This document shows, piece after piece, positions 1 through 45,579 of a stretch of DNA of 64,000 bases. A program made the position numbers and the translations under genes. The notes under the pieces were generated by a model. It saw nothing but the letters and a program-made list of their open reading frames with translations, ran no database searches and was not told the origin of the DNA. The stretch's first letter is position 1, and each line of letters starts with the position of its first letter. The stretch spans positions 12,586,001 to 12,650,000 of the forward strand of contig OX597819.1 of NCBI GenBank assembly GCA_951406725.2, given 5' to 3'. The stretch comes from Octopus vulgaris. Lineage: Eukaryota.

Positions 1-527
1 TGCTGAGTGAAGTGAAGTCATTGTTGTGGCTGATGACAATACCTCCTGAATGGCACCTGTGCTGGAGGCATGTAAAAAGCACCATTCGAATGTGGTCAAT
101 GCCAGTGCTGCCTGACTGGCTTGGCTCCTGTACCAAGACACGTAAAAAGCACCATTCAAGTGTAGTTGATGCCAGTGCCACCTGACTGGCTCCCATGCCA
201 GTGGCCTGTAAAAAGCACTATTTGAGTGTGGTCATTGCCAGTGCTGCCTGACTGGCTCCCATGCCAGTGGCCTGTAAAAAGCACCATTCAAGTGTGGTCA
301 ATGCCAGTACTGCCTGACTGGCCCTCATGCTGATGGCATGTAAAAAGCATCTACTACACTCTTGGAGTGGTTGGCATTAGGATGGGCATCCAGCTGTAGA
401 AACTCCGCCAGATCAGATTGGAGCCTGGTGCAGCCTCCTGGCTTGCCAGACCCCAGTCAAACTATCCAACCCATGCCAGCATGGAAAGTGGATGTTAAAT
501 GGCAATGATGATGATGATGATGATGAT
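1..527 (+). mobile_element. SINE/LINE 3' part with RTE-like tail and internal ~55-bp tandem units (family C)
   Basis: Repeated aaaaagcaccattc...gccagtgc units, then ggttggcattaggatgggcatccagctgtagaaac and a (GAT)n tail; many copies in the window. Confidence 0.75.
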
Positions 528-653
528 CCCCTCCAGTGAGGGGAGAGAACCCAGTGGATGTAAGTTAGTTCTGACACCTAACTAGCTTCACCTTGGTCTA
601 CGTCCTCAATATACCACACCCTAGCTATATCTTCTGTCTACCATCATCTGCTG

Positions 654-829
654 GCATTGAGAGTGGATGGCATTGAAGGTGCACTGCATTGAGAGTGGAG
701 GGCATTGAGGGTGCGCTGCATTGAGGGTGGAGGGCATTGAAGGTGGAGGGCATTTAGGGTGGAGGGCATTGAGGATGGAGGGCATTTAGGGTGGAGGGCA
801 TTGAGGGTGGAGTGCATTGAGGGTGGATA
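654..829 (+). repeat. 16-bp minisatellite (GCATTGAGGGTGGAGG) x11
   Basis: Eleven consecutive units with few substitutions. Confidence 0.9.
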
Positions 830-1084
830 GCTGGCAAGCAAGGAGTTGATGGTGGAGAGCAGCACAGTGAGGGGAGAGAAGGTGCAGAAGGGAGGTGATT
901 GGTGAAGAGAGTAGGTGGGGAGGGGAAAAAAAGGTAATTAGTGGGTGGCGGTGAAATCCTACTCTGCTCTCAGATGATAGAGAAAGTGATGGGTGTTAGG
1001 GGATGAAATGTGGGTGTAGATAGGAGGTTGTTGGGGGCAGAGCACCTCATGGATATGTATTATAAAGGTGATTTTCAGATATCA

Positions 1085-1325
1085 ATTCTGCTGTGGTGTG
1101 TGGTTCTTCTTGAGTACAGCAAAGTACCAGATATCTCAGTCCTTTGTCAACTCCTTTGTGAGGTTTGGCATTTTAAGATCGGCCTTCAATACTTTGTTCC
1201 ATGTCTACCTGGGCTGCTCTCTTCCACAACTTGCCTCCATTTTAGGTGATCTTCCCTTCTTTAAGCAACTGTCTTCATCCATATGCTTCACACGACCAAA
1301 CCAGTGCAGTTTTCTGTCTTGTGGT
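1085..1325 (-). mobile_element. Degenerate RTE-clade LINE ORF C-terminus
   Basis: Minus strand reads RKLHWFGRVKHMDEDSCLKK..SCGREQPR*TWNKVLKADL, similar to the RTE WFGHVxR..GRPxxTW tail. Confidence 0.65.
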
Positions 1326-1404
1326 TTGCTTATCTTCATTAGAAATTCTAACAAAGGTGAGAGCTACCTGAAACTTCAAAGTCACCTGGCAACTTATTCC
1401 TTAC

Positions 1405-1611
1405 TCTTTTACTCTTTTACTTATTTCAGTCATTTGACTGTGGCCATTCTGGAGTACCACCTTTTGTCGAGCAAATCAACCCCAGGACTTATTCTTTTGT
1501 AAGCCTAGTACTTATTCTATCGGGCTCTTTTGCCGAATCGCTAAGTTATGGGGACATAAGCATACCAACATCGGTTGTCAAGCGATCTTGGGGGACAAAC
1601 ACAGACACACA

Positions 1612-1655
<44 letters not shown>

Positions 1656-1818
1656 CGATGGGCTTCTTTCAGTTTCCGTCTATCAAATCCATTCACAAGG
1701 CTTTGGTCAGCCTAAGGCTATAGTAGAAGACACTTACCCAAGGTGCCATGCAGTGGGACTGAACCCGGAACCATGTAGTTGGTAAGCAAGCTACTTACCA
1801 CACAACCACTCCTGCACC
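1405..1818 (-). mobile_element. tRNA-derived SINE family B (ccttgggcaag CORE-like segment, internal CA/TA microsatellite)
   Basis: A-box TGGCTGTGTGG-like and B-box GGTTCAGTCCC on the minus strand; more than 12 copies in the window. Confidence 0.85.
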
Positions 1819-2088
1819 TTGTAAAGGTTTAATAAATATGTACCCTCCTGAACTAGATATGAAAACTGGTATGTATTTATGTATGCATGTGTGTGTGTGT
1901 GTGTGTGTTATGGTCACCTTGCCCTGATGTCTTGTGATAGCTGTAAATAACTGTTGCAAGTCACACAAGCGGTGTCCCTCATTTCCAGTCTTCTGCGAAA
2001 ACATGTCTGGCCATGAGAGGGATCTATCATAGAAAAACCTGCCGCAACAAAATCTATCTTATCCATGCAAACATGGAGAAGTGGGCAT

Positions 2089-2221
2089 GAAGAAGAAGAA
2101 GAAGAAGGAGAAGAAGAAGAAGAAGAAGAAGAAGAAGAAGAAGAAGGAGGAGGAGGAGGAGGAGGAGGAGGAGAAGAAGAAGAAGAAGAAGAAGAAGAAG
2201 AAGAAGACGACGACGATGATG
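2089..2221 (+). repeat. Compound (GAA)n(GGA)n(GAA)n microsatellite
   Basis: Direct inspection. Confidence 0.95.
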
Positions 2222-2924
2222 CTGTCGCCGCCGACAACGATATGTATGTCTTTTAAATTGAATAGCCATCATGGTTCTTCCACAATGCAATATGTTTTAG
2301 TTTCTACACCACATAAATCTCTGAACAATTCATTTGCCAAGCAGGTATAATTCTGAGATAATTGTTTTTTCTGAGGAAAATGTTTCTACAAAAACCTTTG
2401 TTACGGTCTAAAAGAGACATTGATAAGTTCTGCTGATATAAAATGCAAACTGCTGTGTGTTCATTATTTCATAATGGTTATTTGAGAAATCAGTGAATAT
2501 GAACTGCAAGTTAATATATCTAAAGAAATAAAGATACGAAAGTTGATTGTGATTGCTAAATATGGAAATCCTGCATAACTTTGCAAGATAAACAGAGGAT
2601 TTATTTATCAGCTTGACACTAGTGATATTTATGACTAGTTCTTAACAAATTATCTGATAGGGTTGCATAGAACAGAACTGAAAACATCTCCTGTAACATG
2701 TAACAAGTGTGTATTTGTGTTTGTGTTGTTGTTTAGCCCCAGGTCAGATCTTATCAATCAGTCAAAGGCATTCCACTCATGATTACCTTGACATTATTAT
2801 TATTATTATTATCATCATCATTAAGTACCAGTTATGCACTGGGGTCGATGTAATTGACTTAATCTCTTTGTCTCTCCTTGTTTGTTCCCTCTGTGTTTAG
2901 CCCCTTATGGGTAGTAAAGAAATA

Positions 2925-2967
<43 letters not shown>

Positions 2968-3015
2968 GTTATTGTTCTTCTTCTTCTTCTTCTTCTTCTT
3001 CTTCTTCTTCTTCTT

Positions 3016-3046
<31 letters not shown>

Positions 3047-3049
3047 TTC

Positions 3050-3098
<49 letters not shown>

Positions 3099-3102
3099 TA
3101 TT
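2925..3102 (+). repeat. Compound (TTA)n(TTC)n(TTA)n microsatellite
   Basis: Direct inspection. Confidence 0.95.
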
Positions 3103-3482
3103 GCCTTTGCACAGCTTCTAATGCTGGAGATGTACTACAGTGTCAGCTGTTCACTACCAGTGAACCAAGGTAACACCTCTTATTTTTCAAGCACCTTCTG
3201 GAGTATTCGAGTGGTTCCAAGCAGTGCTGTTTTCTGCAAGTGCTCCACCCTTATTGCAGCCCCTATTTGTTCCATGTACTTCTCAAGATTTTTACTCACT
3301 GATCCCAGGGCTCCGACAATTATTGGTATTACTACTACTACCACCTTTTTCATCGACCACAACTGCTTTACCTCCCAAGCTAACCTGTCATATCTATCGA
3401 CTTTTCTTTCTTCCTTATTGCATACCTTGTCAGCTGGGCATGCTATATCTATGATACAGCATAGTTTGCTTTCTTTCTCGAT
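3103..3482 (-). mobile_element. R4/Dong-like non-LTR retrotransposon 3' end (restriction-like endonuclease domain)
   Basis: Minus strand reads CIIDIACPADK..KVDRYDRLAWEVKQLWSMKKVVVVVIPIIVGALGSVSK..LQKTALLGTTRILQKVL*, followed by (TAA)n. Confidence 0.8.
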
Positions 3483-3539
3483 CGTCTTTGTGGCGGCACC
3501 ATCGTCATCAGCGTCGGCGGTGTCGTCGTTGATAACAAA

Positions 3540-3730
3540 TCACCAAAGGTTTCAAGTGACTCAAAGAGACAATACTCCCCTTAGAATACGGGCTGTACCC
3601 AACAAGGCTGTCTTCTGGATCATTTTGAGCCTGACAGCAGCTCCTATATTCTTAATATGTTTTTCAAAGATCTTGGAAATTGCTCCTAATGCTCCAGTTA
3701 CCATCGGTATCACCATTACTTTCCTCATTC
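3540..3730 (-). mobile_element. Second R4/Dong-like REL 3' fragment
   Basis: Minus strand reads MRKVMVIPMVTGALGAISKIFEKHIKNIGAAVRLKMIQKTALLGTARILRGVL. Confidence 0.75.
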
Positions 3731-3750
3731 CTTATTATTATTGGATGGAT

Positions 3751-4118
3751 GGAAGCACTCTGTCGGTTACGACGACGAGGGTTCCGGTTGATCCGAATCA
3801 ACGGAACAGCCTGCTCGTGAAATTAACGTGTAAGTGGCTGAGCACTCCACAGACACGTGTACCCTTAACGTAGTTCTCGGAGATATTCAGCGTTACACAG
3901 AGAGTGACAAGGCCGGCCCTTTGAAATACAGGTACAACAGAAACAGGAAGTAAGAGTGAGAGAAAGTTGTGGTGAAAGAGTACAGCAGGGATCACCACCA
4001 TCCCCTGCCGGAGCCTCGTGGAGCTTTAGGTGTTTTCGCTCAATAAACACTCACAATGCCCAGTCTGGGAATCGAAACCGCGAGTCCGCTGCCCAAACCA
4101 CTGGGCCATTGCGCCTCC
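3751..4118 (-). mobile_element. tRNA-derived SINE family A, with TSD ccttattattatt
   Basis: Head ggaggcgcaatggcccagtggtt; TSD at 3730-3742 and 4119-4131; near-identical copies at 4707, 31125, 52176 and 54002. Confidence 0.88.
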
Positions 4119-4336
4119 CCTTATTATTATTATTGAGTGAGAGATCAGTGCATGCCGTCAGGTGTAGTTTACCTAGGACTATACTATCTAATGTGTAATT
4201 TTTATGACTGTAGGGTGTAGCTAGAGGCAGTTTTAACTACTGTTTCTTACAAGCTGAGTGAGCACATAGTGGCTATCCCATTGGTTCATTGTTAATATCC
4301 AAGATATTAATGGTTAATCTTATCTTTATTTTACAG

Positions 4337-37155
<32,819 letters not shown>

Positions 37156-37184
37156 AGCCAGACAAACACTGAATTTTCTTACTC

Positions 37185-37190
37185 AATAAA
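37185..37190 (+). terminator. Candidate polyadenylation signal AATAAA of STYXL1
   Basis: AATAAA (with an overlapping second copy) 30 nt after the stop codon, followed by T/GT-rich sequence. Confidence 0.5.
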
Positions 37191-37984
37191 TAAACAGAAT
37201 TTGTACTCTGACATTTTGCTGAAGGAACAAATTCTTTAACTCTTTTATTCGTTCACTGGTTTCTATTATTGCACCGTGGCCATACTGGAGCAATACCTTC
37301 TAGGGTAGACATTCTAATGACTCTTCTAATTTGCAGCCTTAAACTAATTAAGGATCTAAAGCTGGTATTAGCAGGGTTTGAACTCAGAAGGTAAAGCGCT
37401 GGAAGTAATGCTGCTGCTAAGTATTTTCTTGGTAATGGTTCTGCTAGTTTGCTGCCTTAAAGAGCAAATAATAAAGAAACTGGTGTAGGAAACTGAAGGT
37501 TGAAGTATATGGAAGGAAAGGGAATGCAGGGAAGATGGTAAGTGTTGATGAGAAAGAAACTGATGAGTGAAGAGTTTGGTGAGGTTTGAAGTAGGAAGAG
37601 TTAGAAGGGTAAGTGAAGGTGTTATCCGAAGTGTAAAGTATGGGATTAAAATAATATAAATGTTAGGCTAAGTTGGACATTCTAAAGAGAGCTAACAGAA
37701 GACCTTTTAGTGAAACCATCACAGAAAAGAAAGATTAAAACTAGCAGATTCACATAGTCCGGCTGCTGGAACAACACTGTTCTAAAACTGCTTTCAAATA
37801 GATACCATCATAGGGGAAAAGAAAGAGAGGATGACCAAAAAGTACATGGCCGAAGAGATGATAGTCTGAAGTACCAAATTGCTGGACCAGGCCATGAAAG
37901 TTACAGAAAAGGTTATAAGTCAGTTGATTAGAATGAGAATTATTACCTCTGCCAAGGAAGGAGGTTATATTTTTTTCTAGATAA

Positions 37985-38800
37985 GATGTAGTTCAGCCTT
38001 GTTCCTGGGAAAAGTACTATAGATATTATCTTCCTTGTTAGAAAAATACAAAAGTACTTAGCCATGAACATGGCTTTGTTGACCTTGATAAGATCTTTCA
38101 CAAGGTTCCCTACGTTGTGATTTGGTGTTCACTGAGGAGACTAGGATTAGATGAATAGGATGTGAAAGCTATACAAGCCATGCATAGAGGAGCTGTTAGC
38201 AAAATGAGTACCAGGAACAAGTTCAGCTATGGATTTAGTATTTAAGAAGGGGTTCATCAGGGTTCTATCCTCTGATCTCTTCTGTTCATTATAATCCTCC
38301 AAGCTATTACAGAGGAGTTTCAGACCAGCTGCCAGTGGGTACTCCTATGTTTTGATGTCCTAGATCTTATAGCTAAATCTATGATGGTTCTGGATAAGAA
38401 TTTCCAGATGTGAAAGCAAAATTTAGAACTGAGAGACCTTCAAAGTTTACTTAGGGAAGACTAAAATATTGGCATGTAGATGAGAAGACAGGGCCCTGCT
38501 ACCATCTGAGAAATAGTCATACTTAATATGTAGAAAAGGAGGATATAGGAGTTCCATATGGTGGACCCAGTATACAAGGGATGCAATAGAATCAGGCAGA
38601 TTATTGGAGAGGAAAGACTTCATATGCACTGAAAGCTCACAGGAAATAGGTTCTATCAACTGCAAGCTTCTGTTTCTTAGGTGAGTTAATTAGCAGTGAG
38701 GGTGATTGTTCAGGTAGCATAGTAGCCAGAGTAAGAATGGTCTGGAAAATAAAAGTAAAACGCTTATCCCTCAGAATAACAAAATTATATGATGTGTGTG
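37985..38800 (+). mobile_element. Degenerate RTE LINE reverse transcriptase fragment
   Basis: DIIFLVRKIQ..MAFVDLDKIFHKVP..WCSLRRLG..GVHQGSIL..LLFIIILQAITEEF, with many stops and frameshifts. Confidence 0.8.
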
Positions 38801-39279
38801 TCACAAAATATTTATTTTTATCGTAAACAAAAAAAATTTGTCATTGCTACAAATGATAAATGCCAAGATAGTTCAAAGATTATTATTGGACAAGGTATGA
38901 TTGTAGTCACTGTTCTGGGTTTCTTGTTGTTGGTTGATTATTGTGTGTTGCTCTCAGTGCCGTCTATTGTTTTTGGGTTGTCACAGCACTCTGGCCTGCT
39001 GCTTGTTCTGCTACTGTCTTCTGACCGCCATGCTCAGCATTCAGTCTGCTGCCTACCGTCTGCCCATAGTAGTTAAAGTATGGTGAATATATAATGGTAG
39101 TTTTGGTAAGAAAAAGTGTGCCAAAGGCAATATTGTTGTTAGTTCCAGTTCCACATGAAGTCTTGAATGGTCAGCTGTTTTGTTGACTTTGGTAATATTT
39201 TAGTGAATTGCGATTGTATTCTTGAATTGCTTTTTTGCATCAGATATTGTGATCCAGGTTTGATTTCTAAGTTTGATAT

Positions 39280-39525
39280 CATCATTCATCGTTTAATGAC
39301 CACTTTCCATGCTAGCATGGGTTGGACGATTTTGACTGAGGGCTGCACCAGGCTCCAATCTTGATCTGGCAGAGTTTCTACAGCTGGATGCCCTTCCTAA
39401 TGCCAACCACTATGAGAGTGTAGTGGGTGCTTTTTATGTGCCACCGGCATGGGGGCCAGTCAGGCGGTACTGGCAATGGCCACGCTCAAATCTTTTTACA
39501 CATGCCACCAGCACAGGTGCCAGTT
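39280..39525 (-). mobile_element. Family C element
   Basis: ctggatgcccttcctaatgccaacc tail homology. Confidence 0.75.
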
Positions 39526-40105
39526 AAATATTCCTGCTACATGGGCACATGTAGTGGGTGGGATGCTGCATGGTAGTGTGGTGTGGGTTAGCAAGCACAC
39601 TTCACTGGATTTGTGTGTATGAACACGGGAGTATTAACAAAGGGAAAAAATGAAAACTAGATATCTCCTGAATGACATTGTACCTGTAATTACTGTATCC
39701 TCTTGTTCACCTTGATTGTAAATGTGAAAAAGCTGAGTACCCTCGTTACTCATTCCTTTATGACTCATCACTCATTCACACTGCTTTCTTTGTGTCTCTC
39801 ACTTTGTAAGGTCATTGGTGAGCAGACATGTGGTCAAACGGTTCCTCTAGTTGTGTTGTGGACATGGTTGCCTCTCTAGTGATGGTGCCATGAAAAATTT
39901 ACCCAAGATACCCTGTAATATGGTTGATGCTAAGAAGGGACTCCAGCTGTAGAAATCAAGCCAAAGAAGAAACTCTGACGTGTCTAGACAAGCAGCATCC
40001 CCCAAATATGTTCTGATTCAAACTGTGGTGACCCATCCAAACCATGCCAGCATGGGAAGTGGATATGAAATGATGGTAATGATGATGATGAAGACAACAA
40101 CTTAA

Positions 40106-40315
40106 CCCTTTTGTTACCATATTTATTTTAAGATTCTCAATTAATTTTAAATATAACAAAGAATTTAGTAAAATAACTTAGTTATCATTAAGCTAGTGTT
40201 AGGAACATAAATTGTGACTAAGGTTTGGTGGAAGATTTTAATGCAAAACTTATGAAAACAAGACATTTGTACTATAGAACCAGAGCTGGTTTCAGCCAGG
40301 TTGGTATCAAAAGGG
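40106..40315. mobile_element. TTAA-specific (piggyBac-like) MITE
   Basis: TTAA-CCCTTTTGTTACCA ... TGGTATCAAAAGGG-TTAA. Confidence 0.85.
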
Positions 40316-40346
40316 TTAAGAATTGTTTGTCTATTATATATTTTAA

Positions 40347-40794
40347 CCCTTTCTGTTACCATATTTATTTTGAGATGCTCTGTGTTTCTTTCAATTGATT
40401 TTAAATATAACAAAGAATTTAGGAAAATAATTTAGTTATCATTAACCCATTAGCATTTAAACCGGCCATATCCGGCCAAAAGTATTCTGCCTGTTTTATG
40501 TTCAAACTGGCCCGATCTGGTCTCTCACACCAACCCTACAATATCATTTTAAAAATTAACAGTTACCTCATCAAAATCTCATAGCTACAAGATAATGCAT
40601 GATTAGTTCAAAACAAAGTGGATAAAAAAGCATTAATTTTGGCAGAATAATGTGAACACTAAAGGGTTAAGCTAGTGTTAGGAACATATATTGTAACTAA
40701 GATTTGGTGGAATAGTTTAATTCAAAACTTATGAAAACAAGACATTTGTACTACAGAGCCAGAGGCGGTTTCAGACGAGTTGGTATCAAAAGAG
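40347..40794. mobile_element. Second copy of the same TTAA MITE, carrying a nested insertion
   Basis: Collinear with 40106-40315 except for an insert at the internal TTAA. Confidence 0.85.
40446..40666. mobile_element. Nested TTAA MITE of a different family
   Basis: TTAA-CCCATTAGCATT ... AACACTAAAGGG-TTAA; related fragment at ~29930-30100. Confidence 0.82.
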
Positions 40795-42004
40795 TTAAAA
40801 ATTGACTCAAAATATTTTAATGTTATCAATTGTCAAATTTAATGTCCTGTTACTAAACTAGGCAGACTGTGCTATTTGAGAACTGCATATCCTCACTACA
40901 AAAGCAGCTATACAAGGAATTGACAATATAGTTGCTCAGTCTGCAAGAAACAGCAGCTTAGTCTCTTTCACATTATTTTGCCAATCACTGAGGTAATGTT
41001 TTGGAAGTGTTTTAAAGATGATTGATAGTATCTGTCTAAGATATGTAGTCTGCTCCATTTTAAGAGACTGATGCTGTGTCCTTATAAACTCAATATTAAA
41101 TGTCATAAACGCATACAATAGCCTGATCCAGAAAGACTAATTCGGTAATATTTTCAATTTAAAACCTACAAAACAGGTCCAAAATTTATTGGTCATCGAA
41201 ATTCTTTAAGGGCGTTGGTCATAATGAATATAAGTATAATGAAGAAAGGTCATTGTCAAGGGAGATAACCTTGCTGGTAATTTGCTTCTAAAGGGAAATA
41301 AATTTTAGATACATAATGTAATGGAAAACAGAAATTACAAATAAAGATTTAATGAATGTAGTAAATGGCGTCTTAAAGCAGGGGGATGTTAATTAGTGAA
41401 ATTAACATTGGGTAAAAACTGGCATTGAGGTGATGATGATTTGAGTGAGAAAGAGAGAGAGGAAGAAAGAGTTAAAGAGAAACAGGTAGAGAGAGAGAGA
41501 GAGTGAAAGAGGGAGAGAGGAACAAAGAGAGTGAGAGAGTGGCAGAAAAAAAAAAGAGGCGTATTAAAGGGGGGTAATTTTGCCCATTTGCTTCATTGGT
41601 AGAAAGCATGAGGTTGGAATTAAAGTGGGAGGAATCGCAATTAGATGGAGTAATTGAGAAATAGCGAGGTACTGTGAGTAAAGAAAGCGGAATAGAGAGA
41701 CAGAAAGAAGAAAACTGGCTCTAGTTGTTGGCAGAGGAGGAGTGTCATCATGGCAGCGCTGGAGCAATGGTGTTTATATTCCAAAATGCTGCAACAGTTA
41801 GCTTATACTTTAGCATCCATGAAGCCAACTCCATGGGAAAAGGTTAGTATTTAAGGCCAAACCAAGCTGATTGTATTTATTTCTGCTCCCATCTGTCATT
41901 CTAGCTCTTATTTTGCTTTAATCCGTGTGTCAGAGACTCTTACACATTCATACAACTGCCGCCGGTCTTTAACCGTTCACGTTTACCACCCACTTTTCTT
42001 TCTG

Positions 42005-42014
42005 TATATATATG

Positions 42015-42053
<39 letters not shown>

Positions 42054-42249
42054 GTATATATGTATATGTATATATGTATGTATATGTATATATGTATATG
42101 TATATATGTATATATGTATATATATATGTATATATGTATATATATATGTATATATGTATATGTATATATATATGTATATATATATGTATATGTATATGTA
42201 TATATATATGTATATATATATGTATATGTATATGTATATATATATGTAT

Positions 42250-42303
<54 letters not shown>

Positions 42304-42396
42304 ATATGTATATATATATGTATATATATATGTATGTGTGTATATGTATATATATATGTATATATATATGTATGTGTGTATATGTATATATATATG

Positions 42397-42433
<37 letters not shown>

Positions 42434-42450
42434 ATATATTTATATATATT
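42005..42450 (+). repeat. (TA)n/(TATATG)n microsatellite
   Basis: Direct inspection. Confidence 0.95.
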
Positions 42451-43446
42451 ACTTTTTATAATTATGAGTATAATTATAATTAGGGTTTAGCAAAAAAAAA
42501 AAAAATTGCTTTGCCACATACCGAACTTTTAGAAATAGCAGCCAAAGAACTTAGCTATTTCCTCTATTATAGGAAGAATTAATTAATTTTACCCTTTATT
42601 ATTATTATTATTATTATTGATATATATATGTATATATATATGTGTGTGTGTATGTCCCCCTTATATGCTTAAATCATGACTAGTATATATTTACTATATA
42701 TACTATTTCTGTTTGCATTTGTCAAAATTCTGTCTGTCTTGTAATTTTGTTTTGTCGTATATGAGACTTCGGACCTTCGACTCGTCACACTCACTTTACA
42801 ATGATACAAATTCGATTAAGTGACCACCTTCTTTCTTACGGGTGATTGTTTGTCTGGTCTCTTTTTTTTTTTTTTCTCCCCTTCTCTGTCTGATTAGCTA
42901 TTATTGATCTCTGAGAGATGATATCGCCTTACTCGAAGACAGTGCAAACTCACAGAATATACTCAAAAAACCATAAACCGCACATCTGACACTATTATGT
43001 TCACGATAATCCACCTTACTAATTGCGTAGATGTGTGCAAGGTTTCTCTTGTGTTTAAGGTGTGTGCGTATATAATGCGTTGGTTGGAGACACTTTAATA
43101 TACGCATAGTTAAACACTATAGTTTGCATTGATTCACATTTTCCTCAAACATTTCTGAACAGACTCTCTCTCTTTCTTTCTTCAATATATATATATATAT
43201 GTATTTATATATATGTATATATGCGCGCGTGTGTGTGTTGTATACAGACAGAAGTATACGCCTTATTAGTATATTTGTACTACTGCATCTTACCTATACA
43301 TATGCACCCACGTCTCTGTGCTCTGCTCTGTACACACACACACACACATGCATATATTCATAGTCTTACTGCATTTAATGCACATCCAACTTTCTACATT
43401 GACACAAATGTACAAACTCACACGTATACTAGCACTCTTACTCCCC

Positions 43447-43544
<98 letters not shown>

Positions 43545-43692
43545 CATATCTATCTATCTACATATCTATCTATCTATCTATCTACATATCTATCTATCTA
43601 TCTATCTACATATCTATCTATCTATCTATCTATCTACATATCTATCTATCATCTATCTATCATCTATCTACATATCTATCTATCTATCTACA

Positions 43693-43730
<38 letters not shown>

Positions 43731-43868
43731 CATATCGATATACATATCTATCTATCTATTTATCTATCCATGTATGTATTTATTTATGTTTGTATCTATC
43801 TATTTATCTATCCATGTATGTATTTATTTATGTTTGTATCTATCTATCTATCTATCCATCCATCCATC
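43447..43868 (+). repeat. (TATC)n / GATA microsatellite
   Basis: Direct inspection. Confidence 0.95.
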
Positions 43869-45579
43869 CACACACTTTCTATTAAGTTCATATTTTCTAA
43901 TGTAATTTGTATATAACTAATTTTCTAAATATTATTCCAATTCTTCCTTATTCTGTTCCCCCTCGTTCTAACACCCCAAGTACAATCGCCTGTTGAGAGA
44001 ATCTCATTCATCAGTCTTTCTCATTGCTGTAATAAACTCCACACTTAAGCCAAACGCGTTGGCAAGGTTTCGCTTTTTCCAGTTGCCTCCTCCCACAAAC
44101 TTCACTTCGATGTCTATTTAGTTGTTCTTTCATTTATTCTCTCCCATCTAGGTTTTAACCCCGATGATATATTTGGCATATTTCTTACTGATTGAATTGT
44201 TTTGAACAATAGTTTTATTAATTTTTGAGGCGAGAAGACTTAAATCATGTTTGTTACATTTTGTGTGTGTGTGTGATTTTTCTCTCCTTCTGTGCCTGCG
44301 CGTGTTTGTGTGTATACATACATACAATATACGTGTCTATTTGTGATTTTTACCTCGACTGCATCCAATCGAAATGACCAACAGTAATCACACTTCACTT
44401 CACAATCATTGATTCCACCCCCACCCCCCACACATACGTCTTGTCCTTTTTACTCTTTCTACAACAATCGCTTTCTCTATTCACCTGTTGGTAGTCAGTC
44501 TATAGAAACCTGCATCGAAATCTTCGAATGTCAAATGATTTTCTCATCTCACCTTCTCAGATCGTCACATTTTCTATGTCTTCTCAATCGTCACACCCCC
44601 AACCAATCCTCTCGATGTGTTTGTCATAACTCCCCTCTCCGTTTCTTACCGACACATCTCTCATCCTCAACAATATAAAACCAAACCTAAAACCACTTTT
44701 AATTCTCTCTCATCTGCTTCCTTCAGACGAAACGAGTCAACGCGATAACCTCTACCTGGTCGTTCGATCTACTAAAAATATTAGTTAAATTTCCCCCCAA
44801 ACCACACCGTACTGTCTTCTTAAAATAAACGAAGATACATTGGTCTCTGTAGTGTTTCTTATTCAAATAAAACAAAACCAGTGGAGAGCCATATCTTTCG
44901 TCGAAGATTTGCTCGCTCAGAGCTGACCCTGGGCTGAAAGCCACGTTAGATAATGTAGACAAGTGTTGTGCCTGAATAAAATAAAGAATGGTCATAGATG
45001 TCACGATTTTATCATATATTGATGTGTTTAGCTCATGTCCCTAATAACAATAACACAGACGAGAACAGTTGTTCCAGTTATGACAGCTACACTTATTTCT
45101 TGTCACTTTATATCCTGATATGTGTAGTTATTATAACAGAGAATTTGTCGCATTGAAGGTCAAGGTATTCGAAACAAGCTTTATCATTTCTCTGGGCTGG
45201 CAGCATTTTTTAAAATTCTCTATTTTCTATTAATATCCGTCGGTTGAGCTAGTTGACAGCTATCACTAATCATGACATCCCCATAGATCGGTGGGTTTAA
45301 CAACAATGAAAGGTATTGGAGGATAAAAAAATAAAGTCGATTCTAGTACAATTCGAACTCACAATGTAGTGGGGACAAAATTTTTCTATTCTATTGTCAA
45401 AACAAGTGTTTCCTATAATTCAAAAAGACAACTTCTTAGGCTCTGCCAATCACCCTCTCTTTCAATGATGTGATAAAAATATTTACACAAATTTCTTCGT
45501 TCTCTTAGAGATCATCAATATGGTTTCCTTAGAGTCAGCTCAAATCTTGCTATCGCATCGTTCTTACCACTTGTTTAAC

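Noticed and set aside
2878-3873. 331-aa ORF, the longest in the track
   Set aside because: Poly-I/L comes from microsatellites, and the rest is the antisense of REL LINE fragments and a SINE tail
1-4336. First coding exon of STYXL1
   Set aside because: No segment resembling the expected N-terminus (ELYNxLNQ..YLxLL) with a phase-1 donor was found; probably upstream of the window
41927-43916. Tyr/Ile- and YLSI-repeat ORFs
   Set aside because: (TA)n and (TATC)n microsatellites
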